64,000 nucleotides of DNA, taken from positions 5,396,001 to 5,460,000 of the forward strand of contig JASTWF010000033.1 in NCBI GenBank assembly GCA_030390025.1. Reading direction: 5' to 3'. The notes beneath the pieces are model-generated. The model made no database searches. It was not told where the DNA came from and saw nothing but the letters and a program-made list of their open reading frames with translations. Of this stretch, positions 46,815-59,900 are shown piece after piece. Each line of letters begins with the position of its first letter. Within the stretch, counting starts at the first letter, position 1. The position numbers were made by a program, and so were the translations under genes. The DNA comes from Squalus acanthias (lineage: Eukaryota).

Positions 46815-49800
46815 AAACATAGAAACATAGAAAACGTAGAAAAATAGGAGCAGGAGTAGGCCATTCGGACCTTCGAGCCTGCTCCGCCATTCAATATAAT
46901 CATGGCTGATCCTCTATCTCAATACCATATTCCTGCTCTCTCATCATACCCCGTGATACCTTTTGTGGCTAGAAATTTATCTCCTTCTTAAATATATTCT
47001 GGTGAAACTTCGCTGCACTCCATCTATGGCAAGTATGTCGTTTCTTAGGTAAGGTGACCAAAACTGCACACTGTACTCCAGGTGTGGTCTCAACAAGGCC
47101 CTGTATAACTGTAGTAAGACATCCTTGCTCCTGTACTCAAATCCTTTTGCAATGAAGGCCAACATATCATTTGCCTTCCTAACTGTTTGCTGCCTGTTTC
47201 TTTCAGTGAATGCTGTACAAGGACACCCATGTCCCTGTGTGCATCAACATTTCCCAATCTATCACCATTTAAATAATATTCTGCCTTTCTGATTTTCCTA
47301 CCCAAGTGGATAACTTCGCAGTTATCCACGATATACAGCATCTGCCATGTATTTGCCCACTCACTCAACCTGACTAAATCGCCATGAAGCCTCTTTGCAT
47401 CCTCCTCACAACTCACAATCCCACCTAGTTTCGTGTCATCTGCAAACTTGGAAATATTACATTTGGTTCCCTTATCCAATCATTTATATATATTGTGAAT
47501 AGCTGGGGCCCAAGCACTGATCCCTGCGGTACCCCACTAGTCACCGCCTGCCACCCCGAAAAAGACCCATTTATTCCTACTCTCTGTTTCCTGTCTATTT
47601 ACCAATTTTCAATCCATGCCAGTATATTACCCCCAATCCCATGTGCTTTAATTTTACACACTAACCTCTTATGTGGGACTTTGTTAAAGGCCTTCTGAAA
47701 ATCCAAATACACATATCCACTGGTTCTTCCTTATCTATTCTAACAGTTACATCCTCAAAAAATTCTATTAGGTTTGTCAAACACAATTTCCCTTTCATAA
47801 ATCCATGCTGACTTTGTCTAATCCCGTTAATATTTTAACATAAGAAATAAGAGCAGGAGTAGGCCAATCGGCCCCTCGAGCCTGCTCCGCCATTCAATAA
47901 GATCATGGCTGATCTGATCCTAACCGCCAATCTACTATCTATCACAGAACCATCTCCTGCATCTAACAGAATTGCACACACGAAATAGGAGCAGAATCAG
48001 GCTACACGGTCCCTGGGCCCTCTCCACTACCCACAGGGCCATGACCGATCCGAACCTAGACGCATGTCCAAATTCCTGCCCGCTCCCCGTAACCCTTAAT
48101 GCCCTTTACTTCTAGGAAACTGTCTATTTCTGTTTTAAATTTATTTAATGATGTAGCTTCTACAGCTTTTTGTGGCAGCATATTCCATGGACCTACCACC
48201 CTCTGAGTGAAGTAGTTCCTCCTCATCTCAGTTTTGAAAGAGCAGCCCCTTATTCTAAGACTATGTCCCCTAGTTCTAGTCTCACCCGTCATCGGGAACA
48301 TCCTCCCCGCATCCACCCGATCCAACCCCTTCACAATCTTATATGTTTCAATAAGATCACCTCTCATTCTTCTGAACTCCAATGAGTAGAGTCCCAATCT
48401 ACCCAACCTCTCCTCATATGACCACCCCCTCATCCCCGGGATTAACCGAGTGAACCTTTGTTGCACTGCCTCGAGAGCAAGGATGTCTTTCCTTAAGTAA
48501 GGACACCAAAACTGTATGCAGTATTCCAGGTGCGGTCTCACCAATACCTTGTACAACTGAAGCAATACCTCCCTATTTTTATATTCTATCCCCCTAGCAA
48601 TGAAAGCCAACATTCCATTTGCCTTCTTAATCACTTGCTGCACCTGCATACTAACCTTTTGAGTTTCGTGCACCAGGACCCCCAGATCCCTTTGCACTTC
48701 AGTACTCTCCAGTTTCTTGCCATTAAGATAATAAATTGCTCTAGGATTTTTCCTGCCAAAGTGCATCACCTCACACTTTCCAGTGTTGTATTCCATCTGC
48801 CAAATCTCTGCCCACTTACTTAGCCTGTCTATGTCCCCTTGCAGGTTTTTTATGTCCTCCTCACTCACTACTTTCCCTCCCATCTTTGTATCATCTGCAA
48901 ATTTTGATATGTTACACTTGGTCCCTTCCTCCAAATCGTCAATATAGATTGTAAAGAGTTGGGGACCCAGCACTGACCCCTGTGGAACACCACTAGTTAC
49001 TGATTGCCAGTCTGAGAATGAACCATTTATCCCAACTCTTTGCTTTCTGTTAGATAGCCAATCCTCTATCCATGCCAGAACATTACCCCCAATCCTGTTA
49101 TCAAATCCTTTATAATAGACTCTAGCATGTTCCCTACTACTGATGTTAGGCTAACCGGTCTGTAGTTCCCTGTTTTCTCTCTCCCCCCTTTTTTAAATAG
49201 TGAGGTTACATTTGCCACCCTCCAATCTTCAGGATCTGTTTCATAATATACAGAATTTTGGAAGATGAAAACCAAGGCATCCACTATTGCCATGACTACC
49301 TCTTTTAGTACTCTGGGATGCAGATTATCAGGCCCTGCCGATTTATCGGCTTTCAGTTACATTAATTTCTCCAAAACTATTTTTTACTAATACTAATTTC
49401 CTTTAATTCCTCCTTCTCACTAGACCTTTGGTTCCCTAGCATTTCTGAAAAGTTATGTGTGTCCTCTTTCTTGAAGACAGAACCAAAGTATTTGTTTAAC
49501 TGCTCAGCCATTTCCTTATTCCCCATTATAAATTCTCCCGTTCTGACTGTAAGGGACTGTATTTGTCTTCACTAATCTTTTTCTTTTTAGATGCCTGTAG
49601 AAGACTTTGCAGTCCACTTTTATGTTCCTTCTTAATCAATCTCGTGGTCCTTTTTTGCTGAACTCTAAACTGCTCCCAATCCTCAAGCTTGCTACTTTTT
49701 CAGGCATATTTATATGCCACCTCTTTGGATCTAATACTATCCTTAATTTCTTTTGTTAGCCATGGTTGGGCCGCTTTTCCTTTTGTGTTTTTGCGCCAGA

Positions 49801-50620
49801 AAGGAATGTATAACGGTTGCAATTCATGCATTCATCCTTAAATGTTAGCCATTGCCTATCCACCATCATGCATTTTATTGAAGCTCCCCAATCTATCATA
49901 GCCAACTCACTCTTCATACCTTCGTAGTTTCCTTTGGTTAGTTTAAGAATCCTAGTTGCGGATTGGACTTCTTCACTTTCCATCTTAATGAAGAATTCTA
50001 TCATGTTATGGTCACTCTTCCCTAAAGGACCCTGCACAACAAGTTTATTAATTATTCGCTTCGCATTCCACAATACCCAATCTAGGATAACCTGTTCCCT
50101 ATTTGGCTCCTCAACGTACTGGTCCAAAAAAAACATCTCGTACACACTCCAGGAACTCATCCTCCACAGTATTATTGCTAATTTGGTTTGGCCAGTCTAT
50201 AAGTAGATTAAACTCACCCATGATTACTGTCGTACTCTTGTTACATGCATCTCTAATTTCCTGTTTGATGCCATCCCCTACATTACCACTACTGTTTGGA
50301 GGCCTATAGACAACTCCCACCGATGTTTTCTGTCCTTGGTGCTGCTGAGCTCCACCTAGACTGATACTACATCTTGATTTTCTGAGCCAATATCCTTTCT
50401 CAGTATTGCACTGATTTCATCCTTTACTAACAACGCCACCCCACCTCCTTTTCCTTTATGCCTGTCCTTCCTAAATATCGAATATCCTTGGATATTCAGC
50501 TCCCAGCCTTGGTCACCCTGCAGCCATGTCTCCGTAATCGCAATTATATCGTATCCGTTTACATCTATTTGCGCTGTTAATTCGTTTACCTGATTACGAA
50601 TGTTTCTTGCATTCAGATAC
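46815..50620 (-). mobile_element. CR1 LINE, near-complete ORF2, disabled and interrupted
   Basis: GVVYRPPNS, GKSDHNMIEF, EDWRVANVT, FADDTK; same subfamily as 30333-33190. Confidence 0.92.
47838..49090 (-). mobile_element. Nested younger CR1 (5'-truncated) with open 305-aa RT C-terminal ORF at 48056-48973
   Basis: Uninterrupted [33 protein letters not shown], followed by a distinct 3' UTR. Confidence 0.9.
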
Positions 50621-51460
50621 AGTTAATGAGCAGCACAGAGTCTGAAGCTGGAAATGTAAGTTAGAACAGTGAATTCAATACCAAATCAGGCACAGAAAGC
50701 GAAATAAAGAGAGGAAAAGAAAGATTGGATCAAGAGAGAGAAAAAACAAACAGAATAAAGTAAAAATATTTTAATTATTTTAAAAATCTAATACAATTGA
50801 ATTCTGAATGAATGAGACTCCACATGTATATAGGTTAATTTTCGGTGCCAGAGAGGTTATTTGGCAGTAATTAAGACTTATTAAGACCGTTGAAAAGGGG
50901 ACTTAGACTGAAATGGACGGGGTTGCTGCGGTGTGTGAAATATGGTGACGATCTAGAGTTATTATCCGAGGCGACGCTACAGGATCTTTTAAAGATCTCC
51001 CGCGGATCCACTGAAACGAGTCGAATGTGCAGCTTTGAGAGGAGCTTCCTCACCGTCAGGGCAGAAAACGGGAGTGAAGGAGGGACACCTTCGGAATCTG
51101 TGCTGAGTTTGAGTCTGTGCAGAATTGTACAAAGAAAATATACGGATTCTGTGAGCAATGTCATTTTACTCATAGAGTCATAACTGCAAAGAAGGAGGCC
51201 ATTCGGCTCATCGAGTCCGCGCCGACTCTCTGTAGAGCAATCCAGTCAGTCCCATTCACCCGCTCTATCCAAGTAGACCTGCAAATTTATTTCCCTCAAG
51301 TGCCTGTCCAGTCTCCCCTTGAAAACATTGAGCGTCTCTGCTTCCACCACTTCCGTTGGCACCGAGTACCAGGTCATCACCACTCGCTGCGTATTTAACC
51401 GCAACAGGAATTCTTCAATTTTGCATATTTATTCAATTTTAATGGGGAAGGTTTTCAAAA

Positions 51461-51533
51461 TGTTCCGCTCGGTTTCGAACCGTGGACTTTTCGCGTCTGA
51501 AGACAGACATGATGACAACTACACTGCGGAAAC
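51461..51533 (-). pseudogene. tRNA-Val-derived pseudogene
   Basis: GTTTCCGCAGTGTAGTTGTCATCATGTCTGTCTTCAGACGCGAAAAGTCCACGGTTCGAAACCGAGCGGAACA followed by TTTT. Confidence 0.82.
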
Positions 51534-51791
51534 TCTGCCCCGGCCAATGGTTGTAAGAACATCACAGAAGAGAACCGCAGTCTACAAATGCAGGTCCGGG
51601 ATTAACATTTGTATTAATACACTTTATTATCTGAATTTGACAAAACTCATTAAACTCTGTAAAATGATGAACAATTGTTCTAATTGATGAATCAACTTTC
51701 TGTTTCAGTCTGAAGGAAATCCTAACATGGTCACCGAGTGATAACACCATAGCTTGTGGGTTCGATTCCCATACGGAACCATCATACTTAT

Positions 51792-52514
51792 TGGGCCGCA
51801 TATTCCGATCGCTAGGGGTGTGTACGCGTTGTGGACACACCCGCGGGGACATCGGAAATGCCGGTTTCAGGCATGCGAAGCCCATGCGCTGAAACCGGCA
51901 TTTCCGTTCTGTCAAGAATGCTCTTGACAGATCGGATGCCTTCCCTGGAGAAGGGCCTCTGTGGGCGGATAGTTCCGCTTTCTGGAGAACCTCTGCCCTT
52001 AAAAATCTTACACCTGGTAAAAGCAGGCGTAAGATTTGAAAAAAGTTAAAAACATTTTTTTCACTCATTTATCATTTAAAAATACTTCAAAAAAGGTAAG
52101 TTTATTTTTAGCCCCATAATAATCTTTAATTATTTTTTTCAAAAGATTACATTTTTGTTTAGAATATTTAATTTATTGTAATTTCAACTAATTTTAAGAA
52201 TGTGGTTAAAAAATATATATTTAATATTTTAAAGTGTTTTTGGGGTGATCTCCATTCATATATTTGACCGGTCCATCTGTCAAGTGTATGAAGGGAGATT
52301 CTCTTCTTTGATTGGCTCCACATGACCTACGTGATCCCAGGAACGCTGGCGAACCGCATGCGCCTCTGGGATACGTGGGCCCTGCAGATTTCGAGTTGGA
52401 GAGGCCCAGGAGCGGAAGTGCCCGGGCCTCGGGAGCCCTCAGGTAAGTCAGTAGATTTTCTCCAGATCGGAGGCCTCCGCACGCGGGAAGCGTTCGATCC
52501 GAAAATACGGCCCA
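51792..52514. mobile_element. Candidate non-autonomous DNA transposon (MITE-like)
   Basis: Imperfect TIRs tgggccgcatattccgatcg / cgatccgaaaatacggccca; GC-rich ends around an AT-rich core; no ORF. Confidence 0.55.
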
Positions 52515-52813
52515 TAATTTATTATGTCACGGTCTTTTCTAACATTTAAAATACAAGCTTTACAAAGAAAGAAGTGGACAAGGCTTTAGTTTAGCACAAA
52601 TGCATCAAATGAAATGTTCACCCGGCAGCGCGAGAGAGAAAATTCAGAGAAAAGGACAGAAGCAAATCGATGAAAATAAAACGATATACATATTTCCCAT
52701 CCTAGTTGTTTCTCTATTCCATCGCCAACACTTCAGTGCCGGATACATAATTTAACTTATAATCGTTTCGTTCGAGAACCGGCACCGGCAGAAAACTCAA
52801 ATGAATTGAAAAC

Positions 52814-52875
52814 TGCCGAAAACCCGGGATTGAACCAGGGAACTTTAGATCTTCAGTCGAACGTTCATCCAACTG
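52814..52875 (-). pseudogene. tRNA-Phe(GAA), 5'-truncated
   Basis: CAGTTGGATGAACGTTCGACTGAAGATCTAAAGTTCCCTGGTTCAATCCCGGGTTTTCGGCA. Confidence 0.88.
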
Positions 52876-53276
52876 TTCGTAAAAAATGACATTTTAGGCG
52901 AGAACACAAAAGACATGTTCGCGCAACCACAGCACCAAGTACGATACGGCATCCACTTGAAATGCACAGTGAGGTGAAAGATTACCACAAGCTCCTGATG
53001 GACATGTTTCCATGTCTAAAATGGAGGCACCGAACAATGCAGCTCCTGGGAAAACTGCAAATCCACGCAGGGCTGTCCGGCATCATTTGAAACAACAGTC
53101 AGACACAAGATTCTGCCAGTTTCAAATGGCTTCTCCTTCTGCTCCTATCACTTCTTTCCCTCCAGCCTCCTCTGCTCCTCCAGCCTGCAGGTGAATTAGA
53201 TGCTTGATGCAAACGCGGCGAATTCATGACACAAACCCTTACCTTTCCCTCCAAAAACAGCAGCGCTTGCTCTGTA

Positions 53277-53346
53277 GCGGAAATAAAGCAGTTGGGGGAG
53301 CGACTGAAGATCTTAAAGGTCCCTGGGTCAGTCCCGGGTTTCACTA
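53277..53346 (+). pseudogene. tRNA-Phe(GAA), degenerate
   Basis: GCGGAAATAAAGCAGTTGGGGGAGCGACTGAAGATCTTAAAGGTCCCTGGGTCAGTCCCGGGTTTCACTA. Confidence 0.82.
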
Positions 53347-53493
53347 ATTTAAAGTTTATTTGAGTTTCTTTCCGCTGCTATTCTCGACCGGAACGATTTA
53401 AACTGGAATTACTTATCCGGCACTGAAGGGTTGGCGATGGAATAGAGAGACATCAAGGATATATATGTATATAGTTTTTTTTAATATCTATTT

Positions 53494-53993
53494 NNNNNNN
53501 NNNNNNNNNNNNNNNNNNNNNNNNNNNNNNNNNNNNNNNNNNNNNNNNNNNNNNNNNNNNNNNNNNNNNNNNNNNNNNNNNNNNNNNNNNNNNNNNNNNN
53601 NNNNNNNNNNNNNNNNNNNNNNNNNNNNNNNNNNNNNNNNNNNNNNNNNNNNNNNNNNNNNNNNNNNNNNNNNNNNNNNNNNNNNNNNNNNNNNNNNNNN
53701 NNNNNNNNNNNNNNNNNNNNNNNNNNNNNNNNNNNNNNNNNNNNNNNNNNNNNNNNNNNNNNNNNNNNNNNNNNNNNNNNNNNNNNNNNNNNNNNNNNNN
53801 NNNNNNNNNNNNNNNNNNNNNNNNNNNNNNNNNNNNNNNNNNNNNNNNNNNNNNNNNNNNNNNNNNNNNNNNNNNNNNNNNNNNNNNNNNNNNNNNNNNN
53901 NNNNNNNNNNNNNNNNNNNNNNNNNNNNNNNNNNNNNNNNNNNNNNNNNNNNNNNNNNNNNNNNNNNNNNNNNNNNNNNNNNNNNNNNNNNNN
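53494..53993. other. Assembly gap (500 N)
   Basis: Run of N. Confidence 1.
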
Positions 53994-56900
53994 CCTGCCC
54001 TGGGTGTGTTTGATGGGACTGTGTAGAGGGGGCTTTGCTCTGTATTTAAGGCCGTGCTGTACCTGCCCTGGGAGTGTTTGATGGGACAGTGTAGAGGGAG
54101 CTTTACTCTGTATCTACCCGTGCTGTACCTGACCCTGGAGTTTTTGATGGGACAGTGTAGAGGGAGCTTTTCTCTGTATCTAACCGTGCTGGACCTGCCC
54201 TAGGATGTGTTTGATGGGACAGTGGCAGAGGGAGCTTTACTCTGTATCTAACCCGTGCTGTACCTGCACCTGGGAGTGTTTGATGGGACAGTGTAGAGGG
54301 AGCTTTACTCTGTATCTAACCCGTGCTGTACCTGCCCTGGGAGTGTTTGATGGGACAGTGTAGAGGGGAGCTTTACTCTCTATCTAACCCGTGCTGTACC
54401 TGCCCTGGGAGTGTTTGATGGGACAGTGTAGAGGGAGCTTTACTCTGTATCTAACCCGTGCTGTACCTGCCCTGGGAGTGTTTGATGGGACAGTGTAGAG
54501 GGAGCTTTACTCTGTATCTAACCCGTGCTGTACCTGCCCTGGAGTGTTTGATGGGACAGTGTAGAGGGAGCTTTACTCTGTATCTAACCGTGCTGTACCT
54601 GCCCTGGGAGTGTTTGATGGGACAGTGTAGAGGGAGCTTTACTCTGTATCTAACCCGTGCTGTACCTGCCCTGGGAGTGTTTGATGGGACAGTGTAGAGG
54701 GAGCTTTACTCTGTATCTAACCGTGCTGTACCTGCCCTGGGAGTGTTTGATGGGACAGTGTAGAGGGAGCTTTACTCTGTATCTAACCCGTGCTGTACCT
54801 GCCCTGGGAGTGTTTGATGGGACAGTGTAGAGGGAGCTTTACTCTGTATCTAACCCGTGCTGTACCTGCCCTGGGAGTGTTTGATGGACAGTGTAGAGGG
54901 AGCTTTACTCTGTATCTAACCCGTGCTGTACCTGCCCTGGGAGTGTTTGATGGGACAGTGTAGAGGGAGCTTTACTCTGTATCTAACCCGTGCTGTACCT
55001 GCCCTGGGAGTGTTTGATGGGACAGTGTAGAGGGAGCTTTACTCTGTATCTAACCCGTGCTGTACCTGCCCTGGGAGTGTTTGATGGGACAGTGTAGAGG
55101 GAGCTTTACTCTGTATCTAACCCGTGCTGTACCTGCCCTGGGAGTGTTTGATGGGACAGTGTAGAGGGAGCTTTACTCTGTATCTAACCCGTGCTGTACC
55201 TGCCCTGGGAGTGTTTGATGGGACAGTGTAGAGGGAGCTTTACTCTGTATCTAACCCGTGCTGTACCTGCCCTGGGAGTGTTTGATGGGACAGTGTAGAG
55301 GGAGCTTTACTCTGTATCTAACCCGTGCTGTACCTGCCCTGGGAGTGTTTGATGGGACAGTGTAGAGGGAGCTTTACTCTGTATCTAACCCGTGCTGTAC
55401 CTGCCCTGGGAGTGTTTGATGGGACAGTGTAGAGGGAGCTTTACTCTGTATCTAACCCGTGCTGTACCTGCCCTGGGAGTGTTTGATGGACAGTGTAGAG
55501 GGAGCTTTACTCTGTATCTACCCGTGCTGTACCTGCCCTGGGAGTGTTTGATGGGACAGTGTAGAGGGAGCTTTACTCTGTATCTAACCCGTGCTGTACC
55601 TGCCCTGGAGTGTTTGATGGGACAGTGTAGAGGGAGCTTTACTCTGTATCTAACCCGTGCTGTACCTGCCCTGGGAGTGTTTGATGGGACAGTGTAGAGG
55701 GAGCTTTACTCTGTATCTAACCGTGCTGTACCTGCCCTGGGAGTGTTTGATGGGACAGTGTAGAGGGGCTTTACTCTGTATCTAACCCGTGCTGTACCTG
55801 CCCTGGGAGTGTTTGATGGGACAGTGTAGAGGGAGCTTTACTCTGTATCTAACCCGTGCTGTACCTGCCCTGGGAGTGTTTGATGGGACAGTGTAGAGGG
55901 AGCTTTACTCTGTATCTAACCCGTGCTGTACGTGCCCAGGGAGTGTTTGATGGGACAGAGCTAGAGGGAGCTTTACTCTGTATTAACCAGTGCTGTCCCT
56001 GCCCTGGTAGTGTTTGATGGGCAGTGTAGAAGGGAGCTTTACTCTGTATTTAACCCGTGCTGTGCCTGCCCTGGGAGTGTTTGATGGGACAGTGTCGAGG
56101 GAGCTTTACTCTGTATCTAACCCGTGCTGTACCTGCCCTGGGAGTGTTTGATGGGACAGTATAGAGCGAGTTTTACTATGTATCTAACCCGTGCTGTACC
56201 TGCCCTGGGAGTGTTTGATGGGACAGTATAGAGCGAGCTTTACTCTGTATATAACCCCGTACTGTACCTTCCCTGGGAGTGTTTGATGGGACAGTGTAGA
56301 GCGAGTTTTACTATGTATCTAACCCGTGCTGTAGCTGCCCTGGGAGTGTTTAGATGGGACAGTACAGAGCGAGCTTTACTCTGTATCTAACCCGTGCTGT
56401 ACCTGCCCTGGGAGTTTTTGATGGGACAGTATCGAGCGAGCTTTACTCTGTATCTAACCCATGCTGTACCTACCCTGGGAGTGTTTGTTGGGACAGTACA
56501 GAGCGAGCTTTACTCTGTATCTAACCCGTGCTGTAACAACCCTGGGAATGTTTGATGGGACCGTGTAGAGGGAGCTTTACTCTGTATCTAACCCCGTGCT
56601 GTCCCTGCCCTGGGAATGTTTGATGGGACTGTGTTGAGGGAGCTTTACTCTGTATCTAACCCGTGCTGTAGCTGGCCCTGGGAGTGTTTGATGGGACAGT
56701 GTAGAAGGAGATTAACTCTGTATCTAACCCGTGCTGTACCTGCCCTGGGAGTGTTTGATGGGACAGTGTAGAGGGAGCTTTACTCTGTATCTAACCCGTG
56801 CTGTACCTGCCCTGGGAGATTTTGATGGGACTGTGTAGAAGGAGCTTTACTCTTTATCTAACCCGTGCTGTACCTGCCCTGGGAGTTTTTGATGGGACAG

Positions 56901-59900
56901 TACAGAGGGAGCTTTACTCTGTATCTAACCCGTGCTGTAGCTGCCCTGGGAGTGTTTGGTGGGACAATGTAGAGGGAGCTTTACTCTGTATCTAACCCGT
57001 GCTGTACCTGCCCTGGGAGTGTTTGATGGGACAGTATAGAGCGAGCTTTACTCTGTATCTAACCCGTGCTGTATCCTGCCCTGGGAGTGTTTGATGGGAC
57101 AATGTAGAGGGAGCTTTACTCTGTATCTAACCCGTGCTGTACCTGCCCTGGGAGTGTTTTGATGGGACAGTATAGAGCGAGCTTTACTCTGTAAGTAACC
57201 CGTGCTGTGCCTGCCCTGGGAGTGTTTGATGGGACAGTATCGAGGCGAGCTTTACTCTGTATCTAACCCGTGCTGCAGCCTGCCCTGGGGAGTGTTTGAT
57301 GGGACAGTGTAGAGGGAGCTTTCACTCTGTCTGTAACCCGTGCTGTACCTTCCCTGGGAGTGTTTGATGGGACAGTGTAGAGGGAGCTTTACTCTGTATC
57401 TAACCCGTGCTGTACTGACCCTGGTAGTGTATGATGGGACAGTGTAGAGGGAGCTTTACTCTGTATCTAACCCGTGCTGTACCTGCCCTGGGAGTGTTTG
57501 ATGGGACAGTGTAGAGGGAGCTTACTCTGTATCTAACCCGTGCTGTACCTGCCCTGGGAGTGTTTGATGGGACAGTGTAGAGGGAGCTTTACTCTGTATC
57601 TAACCCGTGCTGTACCTGCCCTGGGAGTGTTTGATGGGACAGTGTAGAGGGAGCTTTACTCTGTATCTAACCGTGCTGTACCTGCCCTGGGAGTGTTTGA
57701 TGGGACAGTGTAGAGGGAGCTTTACTCTGTATCTAACCCGTGCTGTACCTGCCCTGGGAGTGTTTGATGGGACAGTGTAGAGGGAGCTTTACTCTGTATC
57801 TAACCCGTGCTGTACCTGCCCTGGGAGTGTTTGATGGGACAGTGTAGAGGGAGCTTTACTCTGTATCTAACCCGTGCTGTACCTGCCCTGGGAGTGTTTG
57901 ATGGGACAGTGTAGAGGGAGCTTTACTCTGTATCTAACCGTGCTGTACCTACCCTGGTTGTGTTTGATGGGACAGTGCAGAAGGAGCTTTACTCTGTTTC
58001 TAACCCGTGTTTATCTGCCCTGGAGAGTTTGATGGGACAGTGTAAGGGAGCTTTACTCTGTACTCTAACCTCGTGCTGTACCTGCCCTGGAGTGTTTGAT
58101 GGGTCAGTGTAGCGGGAGCTTTACTCTGTATCGAACCCGTGCTGTACCTGCCCTAGGAGTGTTTGATGGGTCAGTGCAGAGGGAGCTTTACTCTGTATTT
58201 AACCCGTGCTGCACCTGCCCTGTGAGTGTTTGACGGGATAGTGTAAAGGGAGCTTTACTCTGTATCTAACCTGTGCTGTACCTGCCCTTGGAGTGTTTGA
58301 TGGGACAGTGGAGAGGGAGTTTTACTCTGTATCTAACCCGTGCTGTACCTGCCCTGGGAATGTTTGATGGGACTGTGTTGAGGGAGCTTTACTCTGTATC
58401 TAACCCGTGCTGTAGCTGCCCTGGGAGTGTTTGATGGGACAGTGTAGAAGGAGATTAACTCTGTATCTAACCCGTGCTGTACCTGCCCTGGGAGTGTTTG
58501 ATGGGACAGTGTAGAGGGAGCTTTACTCTGTATCTAACCCGTGCTGTACCTGCCCTGGGAGATTTTGATGGGACTGTGTAGAAGGAGCTTTACTCTTTAT
58601 CTAACCCGTGCTGTACCTGCCCTGGGAGTGTTTGGTGGGACAATGTAGAGGGAGCTTTACTCTGTAGCTAACCCGTGCTGTACCTGCCCTGGGAGTTTTT
58701 GATGGGACAGTATAGTGCGAGCTTTACTCTGTATCTAACCCGTGCTGTACCTACCCTGGGAGTGGTTGGTGGGACAATGTAGAGGGAGCTTTACTCTGCA
58801 TCTAACCCGTGCTGTACCTGCCCTGGGAGTTTTTGATGGGACAGTACAGAGGGAGCTTTACTCTGTATCTAACCCGTGCTGTACCTGCCCTGGGAGTGTT
58901 TGATGGGACAGTGTTGAGGGAGCTTTACTCTGTATCTAACCCGTGCTGTACCTGCCCTGGGAGTGTTTGATGGGACAGTGTAGAGGGAGTTTTACTCTGT
59001 ATCTAACCCGTGTTGTTCCTGCCCTGGGAGAGTTTGATGGGACAGTGTAGAGGGAGCTTTACTCTGTATCTAACCCGTGCTGTACCTGCCGTGGGAGTGT
59101 TTGATGGGACAGTATAGAGCGAGCTTTACTCTGTAAATAACCCCGTGCTGTGCCTGCCCTGGGAGTGTTTGATGGGACAGTATCGAGCGAGTTTTACTAT
59201 GTATCTAACCCGTGCTGTACCTGCCCTGGGAGTGTTTGATGGGACAGTGTAGAGGGAGCTTCACTCTGTCTGTAACCTGTGCTGTACCTTCCCTGGGAGT
59301 GTTTGATGGGACAGTGTAGAGGGAGCTTTACTCTGTATCTAACCCGTGCTGTACTGACCCTGGTATTGTTTGATGGGACAGTGTAGAGGGAGCTTTACTC
59401 TGCATCTAACCCCGTATTGTACCTTCCCCGGGAGTGTTTGATGGGACAGTGCAGAGGGAGCTTTACTCTGTATTTAACCCGTGCTGTGCCTGCCCTGGGA
59501 GTGTTTGATGGGACAGTGCAGAGGGAGCTTTACTCTGTATCTAACCCGTGCTGTACCTGCCCTATGAGAGTTTGATGGACAGTGTGGAGCGAGTTATTCT
59601 ATGTTTCTAACCCGTGCTGTACCTGCCCTGGGAGTGTTTAATGGGACAGTGTGGAGGGAGCTTGACTTTGTCTGTAACCTGTGCTGTACCTGCCCTGGGA
59701 GTGTTTGATGGGACTGTGTAGAGGGGGCTTTGCTCTGTATTTAAGCCGTGCTGTAACTGCCCTGGTCGTGTTTGATGGGACAGTGTAGAGCGAGCCTTAC
59801 TCTGTATTTAACCCGTGCTGTACCTGCCCTGGGAGTGTATGATGGAACAGTGTAGAGGTAGCTTTACTCTGTATTTAACCCGTGCTGTACCTGCCCTGTG

